64,000 nt of DNA, from contig MU053881.1 of the NCBI GenBank assembly GCA_013239625.1, positions 3,102,001 to 3,166,000 on the forward strand. The letters are read 5' to 3'. Source of the DNA: Lama guanicoe (taxonomy: Eukaryota). The translations under genes and the position numbers were made by a program. Below the pieces are notes generated by a model. That model worked only from the letters and a program-made list of their open reading frames with translations. It was not told the DNA's origin and ran no database searches. Shown here piece by piece: positions 13,793-26,250 of this stretch. The stretch's first letter is position 1; the number at the start of each line of letters is the position of its first letter.

Positions 13793-14279
13793 CCGTGGCT
13801 GTCGTGAAGTGATACAGCTTCTCTCCAGTGGTACGAATTGGGCAAGGTGGCCCTCCTCTACAGACACCCCAGGGAGGAAGGTCAGGCTTTGTAGAGCTTG
13901 CAGGAAACCTGGGGTGAGCCTAAGGGAGTTTCTGGGTATTTCTTCTACCTACGTGACCTGCCTGCGCTGACTAGAGGTAAGACATCTCTAGGAGGAATAT
14001 TCTAACCTCTCAGGGACGAAGGGAGCTGCGGGGCATGGCAGAAGAGGCACAAGGGGGTGGTGGGGACCCCTTAGTGTTGTTGGTGGGAGCTTGAATGAGC
14101 TGTGCCTCTCTGGAGGGCTGTTCAGCAACACATGGGCTCCACATCCAGAGTTACACTATTAGGTATGCTAAACACATGTGCGCACAAGCAGACACACACA
14201 CACAGACACAATGGCAACAAAACCCACCTGCAGATGTGCACAAGGAAACACTGTTTCAGATGATCAGCGTACTATTATT

Positions 14280-14523
14280 AATGTTTTTATTGACGTATAG
14301 CTGATTCACAATGTTGTGTTAGTTTCAGGTGTACAGCAGAGAGATTCAAATGAACTCATTTATAAATCAGAAACAGACTCACTGACCTAGGAAACAAATT
14401 TATCATTAGAGGGGAGGGATAAATAAGATACACACTACTAAACATAAAACAGATAAACAACAAGAATCTACTGTACAGCACAGGGAACTATACTCAATAT
14501 CTTGTAATAACCTATAATGGAAA
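14280..14523 (-). mobile_element. Short L1 insertion with 5' inversion
   Basis: Minus-strand L1 3' end (14280-14348) joined to plus-strand upstream L1 3' UTR. TSD agcgta(c/t)tattatt at 14266-14279 and 14524-14537. Confidence 0.85.
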
Positions 14524-15785
14524 AGCGTATTATTATTTCAACAGCTAGAAATTTTAGAAAGATTCAGATGTCCATGGCTAGGGGGACAGCTAAATGAGCT
14601 GTAGGGTGTCCATTCCTTTTGGACACAATAAGAAAGGAGCTCTTTATGTACCAATGATGTAGTTGAACCTTGACGACAAATGAGTGAGTTCAGTTCCTGA
14701 GGAGCACTTATGTTGAAAACCAAACAAAACTGAACCAAACACCATGTAGCAAACTTTGTAGTGGAGGTTGCCTTGGAAATCTTTAGAGGAAAAAGATGGG
14801 GTGGGGATGTCCAAGGATCTCTGGCTTTCTCTGTCACGTCACAATTTTCAAAAGAGGTTTTATCTGTCACTTAATCCTTAAAAGTGAGTTTCACAATAAG
14901 AATGATTTAAAAAAAAAAAAAGACCCAGACTTTGGGGGCAAGCAGGTCTGGGTTGGAACCCCAGTTATGTTGCTTCAATTTTTGACTTTGGGTGCGTCCT
15001 GTACCTTTTCAGGTCCCGGGTGGTGGGGATGCCAACCTCTAGCTGTGGCCAGTGGGAACATTGGACCAGTGCCTGTCGAGGGGCTGACATAATGACTGGG
15101 TGCATGAAGGGGCTTGTACATGTCAGTTGAAAGTGAAGGACAGGTTTACCTGGGAGTCACACAGCCCAGAGGGCGTGTCCCACTGGACCCTTCCTTCCTT
15201 GGGAGTCCAGCCAGGCCCGCTGTGCACGTGAGAGCCTTGGCAAAGTCCCAGAGAGCAAGGGCTGACGTCCAGCCGGGCCAGTGCTCTGGCTCACGCAGTG
15301 GCAACTCAGGGCGTGAGAAACATGTTCTGTGTGACCCTGGATGGAGACGTTGGGGACATGGTGCTCACATCTGCAATGACCTCCAAAATAGCAAAATTAT
15401 GTGCCCTGTAGGGCTGCTGGTGGGGTGAAGGGGGCCTTTTCCTAGTCACCCCAGGGGATGTTAGTGACCTTTGAGGGCTCCCAAATGATCACTGGAATGC
15501 TTGGAATTCTGGTGGGATTTGGGAATTATGGTGAGAGAAGTCTGTCCTAGGCTGTCACTCCCTGCTTGAGTGACCTGGAATGAGCCCCCTAGCGTGGACA
15601 CTGAAGATGATAAACTCTCCCCCAAAGCTCCAGATGGCGCCAAGTGTGACCTGCCAGCCGCTCAGCTGGGATGGGAAGCACCGCCTTCCACCTCCTACGC
15701 ATCTAACCTGAGTTGAAATACAGCCCGATGTGCACCAGGAACACATCCCCTTAGAAGTTCATGGTTGTCTTGACCTGCATCCTTA

Positions 15786-15790
15786 CACAT

Positions 15791-15822
<32 letters not shown>
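15786..15822. repeat. (CA)n microsatellite
   Basis: Direct observation. Confidence 0.95.
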
Positions 15823-17274
15823 TTTCCTCCCTGGGTGTCCCTGGCACTGCCCCCCAAGTCCCATTCCTTCTCGGATTCCCTGGTAATGTCTCGCTATCAG
15901 CCCGTCTCTCTGGAGGGCGGGGAGGGTCTGATGCCTTTGGGTTCCCAGCACGGAGCCTGAGTCAGCCTGCCTGGGGTCTGGAATAGATCCTAATAGGACA
16001 CAACGGTCTACCCTCCCTGGCAGTGGGGCTGCCCTGCTCACCCAGCCTCCGCCCCCTCGCTCCCTCAGTGTATTTCCCCATACTGGACTCCGAATGAGCT
16101 TGCCAGAGCCCAGCCCTCATCAGGTTAGTCCCCTCTTGTTAGAGGCCTTTCAAAGCCATTCCTCCCAGGATGAGATAGTGTTCCCTGATGCAGCCCCCTC
16201 CTGGCCTGATCCGCTCCAGGATGCCCGCAGCAGCCTCTCCTAGCCTCTCTGGCCCCCTTCCCCTCCTCCCACCCCCTCCCCTTGGCCTACTTAGCGACAA
16301 TGGCTTTGCTTCTCCCCCGCCTCTCACTGGTGGAATCTAAACCTATTGGGACGGGATTCTCAGAAATTGTGGTCCCCGGGCTTCCAGCCCTAGCTGGCTG
16401 CCTATAAAGTGGCCCAGTATTCACTGCATGCACAGTAGTCATTCGGGGGGCAGTTCCCTGTGCTTTTAAAACCATCTGCATAGAACTGCTTGACATCACC
16501 TAGTGACTCCATCCAAATGCTGCTTTCATCTTCCCTAAGTATCCCTGAACATGCTTCGCCTTCTTGGCCCCGAAACAGGGACCTTCCATCTCGGGCAGGT
16601 CAGTTCCGGTAAGCTTTGCTCCTGACGACTCACGTCTCCTCCCTGCCTCCTGTGGAAACACCCAAGTGTGTCTCTGTGCATCCTCCGGGCAGGCTCCGAG
16701 TTCAGGACTCCACAGCCTCCCCCAGCCCCTCCTCCCACCCCAGGGGACACGGCTCACTGCCGACACTGCAGTTGTCACACAGCGACCTCGACTCTGGTCA
16801 GCTCCCTCCCTCCATCTTCCAGACCCTTTCCGGGTGCCTCTGGGATTCCTTCCTTGCACAGAATCTGCGAATATTTTCTTTGACCCGGTCTTTTCGCTTA
16901 CACCTCACCCACCTCCTCTTCGACTGGACTTTCCTTGATGGACAAGTTTTCCGTTTTAAAGATGTCTTTTCCTCCCACCTAACAAAGGCATCTCCAGATC
17001 TGACAATTTCAGAAATATTCCATTCCACAAACGCTTGCTGAGGGTCGATCGGGTACCTGGCTCACCAGGTGAGCAGGACGAAGGCCTGATCCTTCCCATC
17101 AGTCTGTCCCTCATTTCCCATCAGATGTTTCAAGGTGAGACCTAGTTTCCTGAGAACTCTTTCACTTTTTAAGGCAGTTTCCAAGTTGGCCTTTACTGCA
17201 ACATTTTATCATAATTCTTTTTCTAAACCGAGACACGCCGGATGATGAAGTTCGGGGAGCATTTCCTCACCAGG

Positions 17275-17323
17275 AAGTGGAAAACGAAACCCTCAAGACA
17301 GCATCTGTTTTGATAGCTTTATT
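17275..17323 (-). terminator. HRH2: Polyadenylation signal with downstream GU/U-rich element
   Basis: Minus strand reads AATAAAgctatcaaaacagatgctgtcttgagggtttcgtttt. Confidence 0.7.
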
Positions 17324-19957
17324 GGAACACGCCGGTGACACGCAACACGGATTTGGGGGCCCACCGCAGACGCTCCTCTTCTAGCAGCATGCGCCCCACT
17401 TCTGCAGCCAGTCGGGGCTTCAGGAGGCCTCCAGGAAGGCGGGGCAGGGCTCAGAGACAGACCTGAAGGAGGTCCCTGCCGTGGCAGGTGGCACGCAGGA
17501 ATCCTGACCTCTGCCCTGACCTGCTGAGCGTGATCAGCCAGACCAGTCTTGTGCTCTAACTACTTGGCCATGACTTGGAGAGCTACCTAAGAGTCTCAGA
17601 CTCTTAGGAAAACTTCCAAGGAGGGGATTCTGGAGTTTCGGGAAGGAATTAAGCCAAGAGACTGAGCATCTCTGGGGAGGTTATGGGGGCAAATCGTGCC
17701 TTCAGGTGTATGCTGGCAGATAAGCTGCTTAAAGCTCCTACTCTGTAGACTGAACAGTCTTCCAGGGGCTAGACAAAGGTCAACAGATACAGGCAGGACT
17801 CACAACCTCCTGAGCTGGGGAGACAGACAGGGCAGGAATCACACAGATGACTATAAATGACAGCCATGCCCATGGCTCTGAAGACGGCTCTGGGGATGTG
17901 TGTGGGGAGGCCTGACCCAACAGGGAGGGTCAAGGACGGCTCCCTCAAGAAGTGATGGTTCAGCTGAGATCCCATGGCAGAAAGGGCAGGATGAGCATTC
18001 CAAGGCATGGAAAGAGCTCTACGTGTGGCCTGGCTGCTGGAGGGAGCGGGGAAGTAAACAAACCAAAGGAGAAGGCCAGCAGGGTGGGGTGAAGAGACGG
18101 AGGGGGTGCGGGGCCGGCGGAGGCTGGAGGGACACGTCGGGCCGACCACGCGGGACCTGTGGGCCACGTGGAAGATGGGTTTCTCCCTGGGTTTGCACCG
18201 CACAGCCCACTGCGGCTGCTGGGTGGAGACCGGACGGGAAAGAGGCCAGTGAGGAGCACAGGGAGGTGTCACAAAGCTGTTTGAATTGTCCTGACGGAGG
18301 GGATGGCAGTGGGACCGAGTGATGACAGAGCAGCCGGAAAGAACCAGGTAAACGGTGGGTACTCGTGAGAGCTTGGACTCGAGAGGATGGATCATGAGGA
18401 GCCAGGAGAAGGGCGATGACCCAGTGGCAGGGCTTCGGTCTGAGGAGTGGGACCTCAGGAGAGGAGCAGGTGCAGGGAGATGGTCAAGCTGCAGCTGTGG
18501 ACCTGCTAACAGTGAGGTCGAGAGTGGGTCGAACGCGTCCCAAAGGAGCCTGGGCTCCAGGTACAGATCTGAGTCACCTCCGGAGAGGTGTCTCCTGTAA
18601 CTTCAGATGCTGGAGTGTAGACGAGGCCACAGAGGGCAAGAAGTGGCAGTGAGAGGACCAGGCTCAGGACCGAGCCTCGGAACGGCCGCATCGATGGCTG
18701 GGGAGAGGAGGTGGGCGGCAAGAGCCACTGAAGAGGTACAGGTGGGCGGGGAGGGGGCCACCACGAGGGGGTCTTGGAACCAAGGGAAGAGTGGACTCAG
18801 CGAGGGGCAGTGGTCGACAAGGGGAGCCCATGGACACCCTCATGTCTCCGGGGCTGTCATCTCCTCCACCTCCTTGGGTCTCTCCACCACCCCTGTAGAT
18901 AGGAAAAGGGAGCGCACACGCTCCCACAGAGGAATAAAGAGCTGCTCAGGGGCGCTCCCTGCCGCGCCCAATGTCACGCATCCAGCAGAGGGCGCTGGGG
19001 GGCCAACCTCCCCACCCACATCTGTCGTGCCCCCTTCCCGCTGCCACCTGTCCCTCCCTGCTGCCCGCACACTTTCCCCAGCAGGCCTGCCCCACGCCAC
19101 TCCTTGTGGATGGAAAGCACCAGAGAGGATCTGTACTGCAGCATGAAGGGACCCTCCCAGCCCCAGGCTCCGGGTCTGGGCGGTGAGAGCGAGAGGGTCA
19201 CCTGAGTCAAGGAAATATCGTGGCCTCTCTTGAGAGGCAATTTTAATGTCGTGTCAAGAGCATGGGCTTGAAGCCTGGTTTTCCACCCATCATCCTGTTT
19301 GTCCATTTCTTCGTTCGTTCGTTCCTTCCTTCAACAACAGTTTCTCAAGTGCCTCCCTCGTGCCAGGCACACTTCTAGCTGAGTGGCCTTAGGGACGGCC
19401 CCGTATTTCTCTGAGCCTCAGTTTCCCTATAAAGTGATCCCTGCCTCACATGGTAAGGACTATGTGTGCTCATGCAGAGGGCGTACCTGGCACACGGCAG
19501 GTGTTCATTAAAGGCTAATGCCTTCCTTTGCCTCCCCCTCCCATCCTCCCCTTCATCATCCCACAGAACTCGGGAGGGAGTGAGAGGCTAACGCTTTATG
19601 GCAACACCCTCGGCTGTGCTCAGAGGGCACGTGTGCTCCTGCGCATGCACGTCCGAGCACACGCCCGTGCACACAACCCCGAAAGCCCCGCGTCTCTGTT
19701 CATGACCCAGGGCCAGCACCAATGTGAGCTCTGAACCCGCGGGATTCAGCAGACCTGGGGAGGGGAGGCTGAGCGCAGAACAGGCGGCTGCTCCACCCCG
19801 GGCCGGAGGACCCCGTAGCCGGTCGTGTGCTCTGGGAGTCCCCGGACTCAGGCCAGGGTGTGTCCTCCATGGTTTTGGGGGCTGTTGGGTCCTTGGTGGC
19901 TCCAGGAGTCAAATGTTGGTGACCAGGAGCAGTAAGTTCAGTGTCCTGGGGCCGAGG
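17298..19957 (-). other. HRH2: 3' UTR of the long HRH2 isoform (~2.7 kb; end approximate)
   Basis: Runs from the stop to the first canonical minus-strand AATAAA I found (17323-17318). A weaker ATTAAA lies at ~19242-19247. Confidence 0.65.
17770..18840 (-). mobile_element. Degraded L2 within the HRH2 3' UTR
   Basis: L2-like motifs (ggagggtcaaggacggctccctcaagaagtgatg; gagcattccaaggc; ggctccaggtacagatctgagtca). Confidence 0.6.
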
Positions 19958-20126
19958 CTAGACAGCCTCGGAAGGCAGCGTTCTCGGGGGCTCCTTGGAC
20001 AGCGGCTCCCCCAGCTGCTCTTCCGAGGGGCCTCCCACATGTCTCTGGAGGAACCTAATCCCCCACAGGCTCTTGCAGCAGCTCAGAAGGTTGCTTGAGC
20101 ACGTGGTGCAGGACAGCGCCAGCCTC
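19958..20126 (-). CDS. HRH2: HRH2 terminal coding exon of the long isoform; adds RLALSCTTCSSNLLSCCKSLWGIRFLQRHVGGPSEEQLGEPLSKEPPRTLPSEAV (55 aa, total 414 aa)
   Basis: Acceptor tgtttgtgtctccgcAG|G (AG at 20128-20127). Phase matches the donor GAC AG|GTAACT at 38861/38860. The peptide closely resembles the recalled C-terminus of the long human HRH2 isoform (ALSCTTCSSNLLSCCKSLWG...RTLPSEAV). Confidence 0.88.
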
Positions 20127-21979
20127 CTGCGGAGACACAAACACAGGTCAGGGCTGGGGTGACCACTGAGCAAGGCCCTGGGAAAGGTGCGGTGGGATGG
20201 GACAGGGGACCATCCACGTGCATTAAGGACTTCTTCCCTCACCCCACAAGGGGAGTATTTGGGAGATGCTTTTAAATCCCTAGTCAACTTCTAACATGCT
20301 GTGTGCCCTTGGTCAAGTTACTTAACCTCTCTGATCCTTAAATAGAGGTAAAAATAACCACCCTTCCAATTCTTAAGAGGATTAAGTTTATAAGATATGT
20401 GTAAAAGTATCCCACACATTGCCTGGCTCATAGTAGGAGCCCAATTAACATTTGCTATTTCTGAGTCTTAATGAAACGATTCCTGAACATCTACATCGTG
20501 TTTCGCATCAGCTGGGGGAAGGCTGGGAGAAGACGATACAAAGATTTATTCAGCCCCGCATTAATACCAGTTGTGAACACGCCTGTCTCGCCCTGAGAAG
20601 GTGTGGTCCCTGAAGACATGGCACTTGCCTTTCAAACCCCTACCATGTGGCCGGCACATAGTAGGTCCTCAAGTTAATGGCTGTTGAGTCAATCTGCTTG
20701 AAGGTCACTAAAGGTAAGTTAGCCAAACGCCCAGTGTTTGACATATATTTTCAGAGAGATGAAGTTCCCTCCCACTTCTAAGTATACAAAATTCTCTGCC
20801 CTGTTGCCTCTGCTTAAGATGTGGATGGTTGACCTGCCTTCCTGTTCTACTACTTTCAGTGAGTGAGGGTTCTTTTATTGTTTTTTTTTTTTCTCAAGCC
20901 TTTCTGAGGTCAGAGGGAAAGGCAGCGTGGCGCGCCTGTGTTTTCAGCATCCAGCACGCAGTTCTGCCTTAATATCTGGGAGTGGGAGCAGGCTCAGAGC
21001 TCTAATCAGGCAATGGGATCTGACCAGACTTGGGTGGCATTGCTTTGTGTCAGTGTATCTGTGTTCAGAAGTGTTTTCCATTTGCCATGAGTGATACTGC
21101 ATTTCCATTTATGGGGATGATACAAAGTTTTCTTATAAATGTATTTCAGTGAAAACAGCCAGGTGGTGTAGAGATTTAAGCGCACAGAATGCAAATGGAT
21201 TGCATGGGGAACGGGGTTTGCAAGCAGCTGTAGCTTGGGAAGTGTTTGTGGTGAGCCCCGCCCATTCCCGCTCACCGTTGCCGCAAAGCGGGAAAAGCTG
21301 AGCACCGCCTGCTGTCCCTGGGCACTCTGCCCCAGGTCACCTCCAAGACAGGACAAAATCTGGCTTCAGTTCTAAGACCACAGACGCTACCTAGTCTCGA
21401 CTGGAGTGGTAGCTTTCCTCTTCCAGCTTCAAGAGAGGAGCCACCCCTCACGTGGTCCTGAGACCCATCGCGGGTCCTCTGGGTGTCGCATGAAGCTCGT
21501 GCTTGGCCTCTGCTCATCTGCTAAGGTCATCTGGCCACCAGAAGACTCAAGCTTGTTTCTCCATGGAGAGAGGAAAGAGCCTGTGCTTCCCCTGAAGAGT
21601 CCATCAGATGGGAGATGCAGATTTGGGTGCCTGACTTTGTCGGCCTTTGTGAACAAGGACACAGCCAGCAGCCACAGCCAATGCTGAAGCGTGGGACGTT
21701 CTGGCTGAGCCAATGCTCCCCCTGTGGGTTTGGCCAGCGCCTCCCTCCCCAGAACCCCCACCCTCACCTGGACCTCAAGGTCGCAGCCCGGGCACGTCAG
21801 AGGCTCCGGTCCTTCTCCGTGCCAGCAGTGTACATATTTGACTGAGCAGGCAGGTAGCTACCCTTGGATTGTCACTCCAGATTGAAGTCTGATAAAATGA
21901 CTTGCGCTGAAATTAGTGAAATTAGTGAAGAAAAGCTAGCCCTAGGCTAGGAAATAACGACTTCCCTTCTTCTAAAAAT

Positions 21980-23500
21980 CACTTGAAATAATATTATGGA
22001 AGTATCACATGTGCATAGTACAAAATTCAGAACATACAGACCAACGAAACAAAGAAAATAAACATCTCAGGTACACCCCCTTCTCAGACATCTCTCTGCT
22101 ACATGTCGATGCTGTCATTAAATATTTTTAAATGAAAGACATCAGAGAGACTACATCAAAAACCACATATGCGTGGCTTAAAATACTAAAGAATATGAAT
22201 GGTCACCAGTGTAACCACCTCTAGGTTAAGAAACAGAATTTACCAGGATCGGACTTGTTTCAGCAAATATGTATGTGTCCCTAAACAATTTATTGTATTA
22301 TTCTGCCTGGGTTTTATTTTTATATAAATGGGCTCATGTTTTAAGATTTTTTCCCCCTGTAGCTTCCTTGTTTTAGTTGCTGATTCACATTATGTTTTTG
22401 AGATTAAACTGTGTTGATGCATGTATCTGCAGCTCACGTTCGTTGACATAAAGTGCTCTACCACGGAAGGTACTCCAATTTATTTATCCGTTCACCGGTT
22501 GATGGACACTGAGTTGTTTCTCATTTTTATCATCTCCCTTCTCATGTTTATATTTGAATCTACACTATTCTGGTCTCATCATATAAATAGGAGTGTTTTC
22601 CCTTTTTCTCTCCTTTGAAGGATTTTGTGGAGGACTGGAGGGATCTGTTCCTTGAGCGTTTGGTAGAACTCGTTGGCAGAACCCAGCAGCACTGGTGCTT
22701 CATCCATTTTATTTATTTTGAATGGTTGTAGGACCCTTTAGGTTTTCTGTTTCTTCCCAAGTCAGTTTTGGCAAGTTCCACTTTGCTAGGCATTTGTTGA
22801 CTGCATCTGAGTTTTCCCTTGTTTTTGGCATAAAACTGATCACAATGTTCTTATATCTTTCTTAATTGCTGCAAAATCTGTATTAATATTCCCTTTCATT
22901 CTTAATACTGTTTGTTTATGATGTTAATGATTAATTACTCTTTGTAGTTCTGTCAATTATACTTCATCAGTTTTACTTTTTGAAGCAAGTTTATTTGGTA
23001 CATACAAGTTTAGAATTTTTCCGGTGAATTGAGTCTTTTTTTGAAAATATGGTGGCCAGCTTTATTTTCAGCAATACTTTTTGCTTACAGTTCACTTTGT
23101 CTGCTATTAATATAGCTACTTAGATTTCTTTTGGTTGGCATTTGTCCAGAATGTTTTATTTTTCTTTCCTTATACTTTCAACATTTTTGTTTCCTTAAGT
23201 CTGGCTCTTGTAAAAATACTTCTTTGGATTTAAAACATCAAATCTAACCATCTGCATTAAAAAAATTGATCAGCTTATCCGACCTACAGGTACAGTGATT
23301 ACCAATATATGTTGACTAATTTCTTCAGCGTGATCCTGTGTTTTATATTTGACCCATCTTTTATAAAATTCCCCTCTGTCTTTTCTTGCTCTGTTTTAAA
23401 CTGCCTTTTCTCTCATTTTCTTTCCTTCTTACCATATGGAATGTCAATCCCTTTATAAAAATTTTTTACCATGCATATTTAACTTAATAACGTCCACAGG
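21980..23500 (-). mobile_element. Cluster of ancient L1M/L1ME fragments
   Basis: Very T-rich, with L1 antisense motifs (ttccttgagcgtttggtagaactc; ttggtacatacaagtttagaatt; ctgctattaatatagctac). Confidence 0.7.
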
Positions 23501-23779
23501 CATGAAGCCCTTCCTCCTTTTCTTAGCTTGCCATCCATGCCAAGTGTACGTTGGGTTGAGACACTAAGCTGGATTCCCACACTCAGTAGAATCTATTACA
23601 TTACACACATTTAGGGATACTAGTAGGTTCAATATTCCTTGACTCCCTTCATGGCCCTATGGCTCATCTTGTCCCTGAGCCCTGACACTTAAGGCTAGGA
23701 GGTGTTAATGGGGCTCCAAGAGAGCACGTAATAGTGTCTGTCACTCAGTAAGTGCTTATGGTAAACATCTCATTTCCAC

Positions 23780-24257
23780 CCTCCCATCATCAACCCCCCT
23801 TCTCTGAGTAATAGCACCTTGACTTTTCTTGGGGATCCAAAGTTCCCCACTCTTTGTCTGTGTGGGTGAAGTGGGGTTGACCTCTTATTCACTGGCCTGC
23901 CTCTGGGTCTGGGTACAGAGGCAGACACATGACCCAATCCAGCCAATCAAACTTAAGCCTGGAATTTTCTGTTGGAACAGGAAGAGAGGGATGTATTTTC
24001 CATGAGGGCTGCTAAGACGGTAAGATGTGCTGCTGGTGGCACCACGGCAAGACTAACTGAAAATGAAGGCAACACAGGGTGAAACTGAGTTGAAAACTGG
24101 AGAAAGACAAATTTATGATGGCATCTGAGCACTTGAATCCAGCTTAAAGCTACACTTAGTTTCTTCAATTCTATAAGCCAATTCTGTACCTCCACCAAGC
24201 CCAGACTCTTTTAACTGGGTTTTTACTACTGACCGTTAACACTGTCCTGACTAACAA
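23780..24257 (+). mobile_element. Old MLT1 (J/K-like) LTR
   Basis: cacatgacccaatccagccaatca; end actgggtttttactact...gtcctgactaaca. Confidence 0.7.
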
Positions 24258-24310
24258 CATTCCTAAATAAATGTTCTTTGAATCTGAATCTCAGTCTTTC
24301 CACAGGGGGA

Positions 24311-24342
24311 TGCTATTATATGATCAGCCACCAGGGGTCAGG
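24311..24342 (+). promoter_or_regulatory. CTCF motif with possible upstream module
   Basis: TGCTATTA-tatgatc-AGCCACCAGGGGTCAG. Confidence 0.5.
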
Positions 24343-24479
24343 ACCCAGTTTCAGCGCTACTCTGTAAGAGAAGCCCTGCTCAGGTCCTCTCTGAACCCTG
24401 GTTTTCTCATCCGTGAAATATATGAATAACAGCTACCTCACGGGACTACACAGTGACTGCCAGTGCCCTTTTCCATCAC

Positions 24480-24866
24480 CCTCTATGGCTTATGGTACAA
24501 ATGATCACACAGAATCACCACAGCACATTACTCGGCTGTTTCTTGTATCTGCACCTTTCCACGTGTCATTCCCATTGTTTGAATTCCTTTATTTTCTTCT
24601 TTGCTGTGCAACATTACTTCCATCTCAAGGTTCCGTTCAGGCATCCCCTCCTCTGGGCAGCTATCTCTGAGGTCTCCCAGGGTTACTGATTCTCTCCCGG
24701 CTCCCACAGCCCCTCTGCTGAGGCACTTACTTCCTTGGATTAACCATCAATTTACCTGTCTGTCTGTCTCCCAGACTAAAGGCAGGAGTTGGATCTTTCC
24801 TCACCCACCCCACCATCCAACTTTATAGCAGGTGTTCAATAGTGTGTATGAGCTAATGAATGAACA
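24480..24866 (+). mobile_element. L2 3' end
   Basis: Pyrimidine-rich body ending atagcaggtgttcaatag...aatgaatgaa. Confidence 0.65.
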
Positions 24867-25138
24867 ACCCAGTACGTCTCAATGTAGATCGTGATTCTCC
24901 CATCTTCCAACTTCCCAAGCTCACAGATCATCGGAAGCAGAAGCACTTTCCTGGGCTGCTGAGCAGCCCTTACCCCATGTGTGGTGTCTCATTCTGGCTT
25001 TATTTCTATATTTACCTTCCCACTGCTACTAGCCCCAAAGAGCCTCGTGGGCAGTAACTGCAGAACAGTGAGGGATGTTTACCACTTCAGCCAATACCTC
25101 CTGAGCACCAGCCCTGTGCTAGGATGATTGGGACAAAG

Positions 25139-25637
25139 TCTAACAGGGAAGAACAAATATGACTTCATATTGGAGCTGTTCCTTTTAATTTAACCTTTGT
25201 ATCCTATTGCTTCTGTTACAAGTTAAGAATGTTGCCTATGTCCTGAAATACACAGGATGTCCCATTCTCAAAGCTCTGACCTTTAAAGGTACAACTCTTT
25301 TCCATAAATATAGAGATAAAGAGTTGCAGAACAGAAAATAATGTTTGTCTTATTGGAAATTTACAGGAACATCATGACCTGACCTATCTGAGCAGCTGCA
25401 AGAACAAAGGATTCTGACACCAAGAAGTTTGCAACAACCAACCACATCCCCTCCCCTTTTAGTATAAAAGAAGCCTGAATTTTTAATTCGGGGAAGATGG
25501 TTCTTTGGGACACCAGTCCACCATCTTCTTGGTCTGCTGGCTTTCTGAATAAAGTCACTATTCCTTGCCCCAATAACTTGTCTCTCTATTTATTGGCCTG
25601 TCCTGTGGAGAGCAGTGCAAGCTTGGACTCAGTAACA
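25139..25637 (+). mobile_element. ERV1 solo LTR (MER41-like)
   Basis: t(c)taacagggaa...cagtaaca termini, TATAAAA at 25463, AATAAA at ~25548, flanks aaag/aaaa. Confidence 0.8.
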
Positions 25638-26250
25638 AAAAATGTGGGATTTGGAACCAGGAGTCCTGTGCTCAGCTTGAGGCTCCCTCGCTCCCCTGCT
25701 GTTGGGTCTCAGACAACTCCGCCTCCCTACAGAATCCCACTTCCTCATCTGACAAATGGTCATGAGCCAGGTTCAAAGTTGTGGAAGCCGTGAAAAGAGA
25801 CAGGAGGAAGTGAAATGTTTAGAGATTCCAGAAGATTCTCCTCCGCTCCCTCCCCCTCTGTTTCCCACAATGGGTACAGCCATTAACTTGAGGAACTCTG
25901 TATTGAAGTCGTGGCTTATCGCTGAACCCGGGCCCTCGCGAATCCCACAGCCAACCACCTGGGAGGACCGCCACCCCCCAGATGGGCAGTTTCTCTGACA
26001 TCCTGGAAACTGGGTCACTGTTCTGCTCTCCTTTTTGAGGAAAGGGAAGTGGAGACGCTTAGAAAGGGGAAGTGGCTCTCTAGTGCCCTGGGAGCCAGAC
26101 AGAAGCCACCACGTGTTATCACCTTCCCTTCAGCTTTTGCCAAAATCAGGGTTGAGTGTCTTCTAATTTCCAGCTGTCGTAAAATAAGCTACGAGGTGGA
26201 AATTTCAGGATGCCAAGTTACCTATAGCCCACTCTTGGGAGCGCTATCTT

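Noticed and set aside
20127..20287. N-terminal half of the 109-aa ORF as an independent gene
   Set aside because: It is intronic; only the part after the 20127 acceptor resembles HRH2.
21276..21340. Possible 65-nt cassette exon (would give AGG-TGA and the same 359-aa protein)
   Set aside because: The acceptor is a weak GAG and there is no other support.
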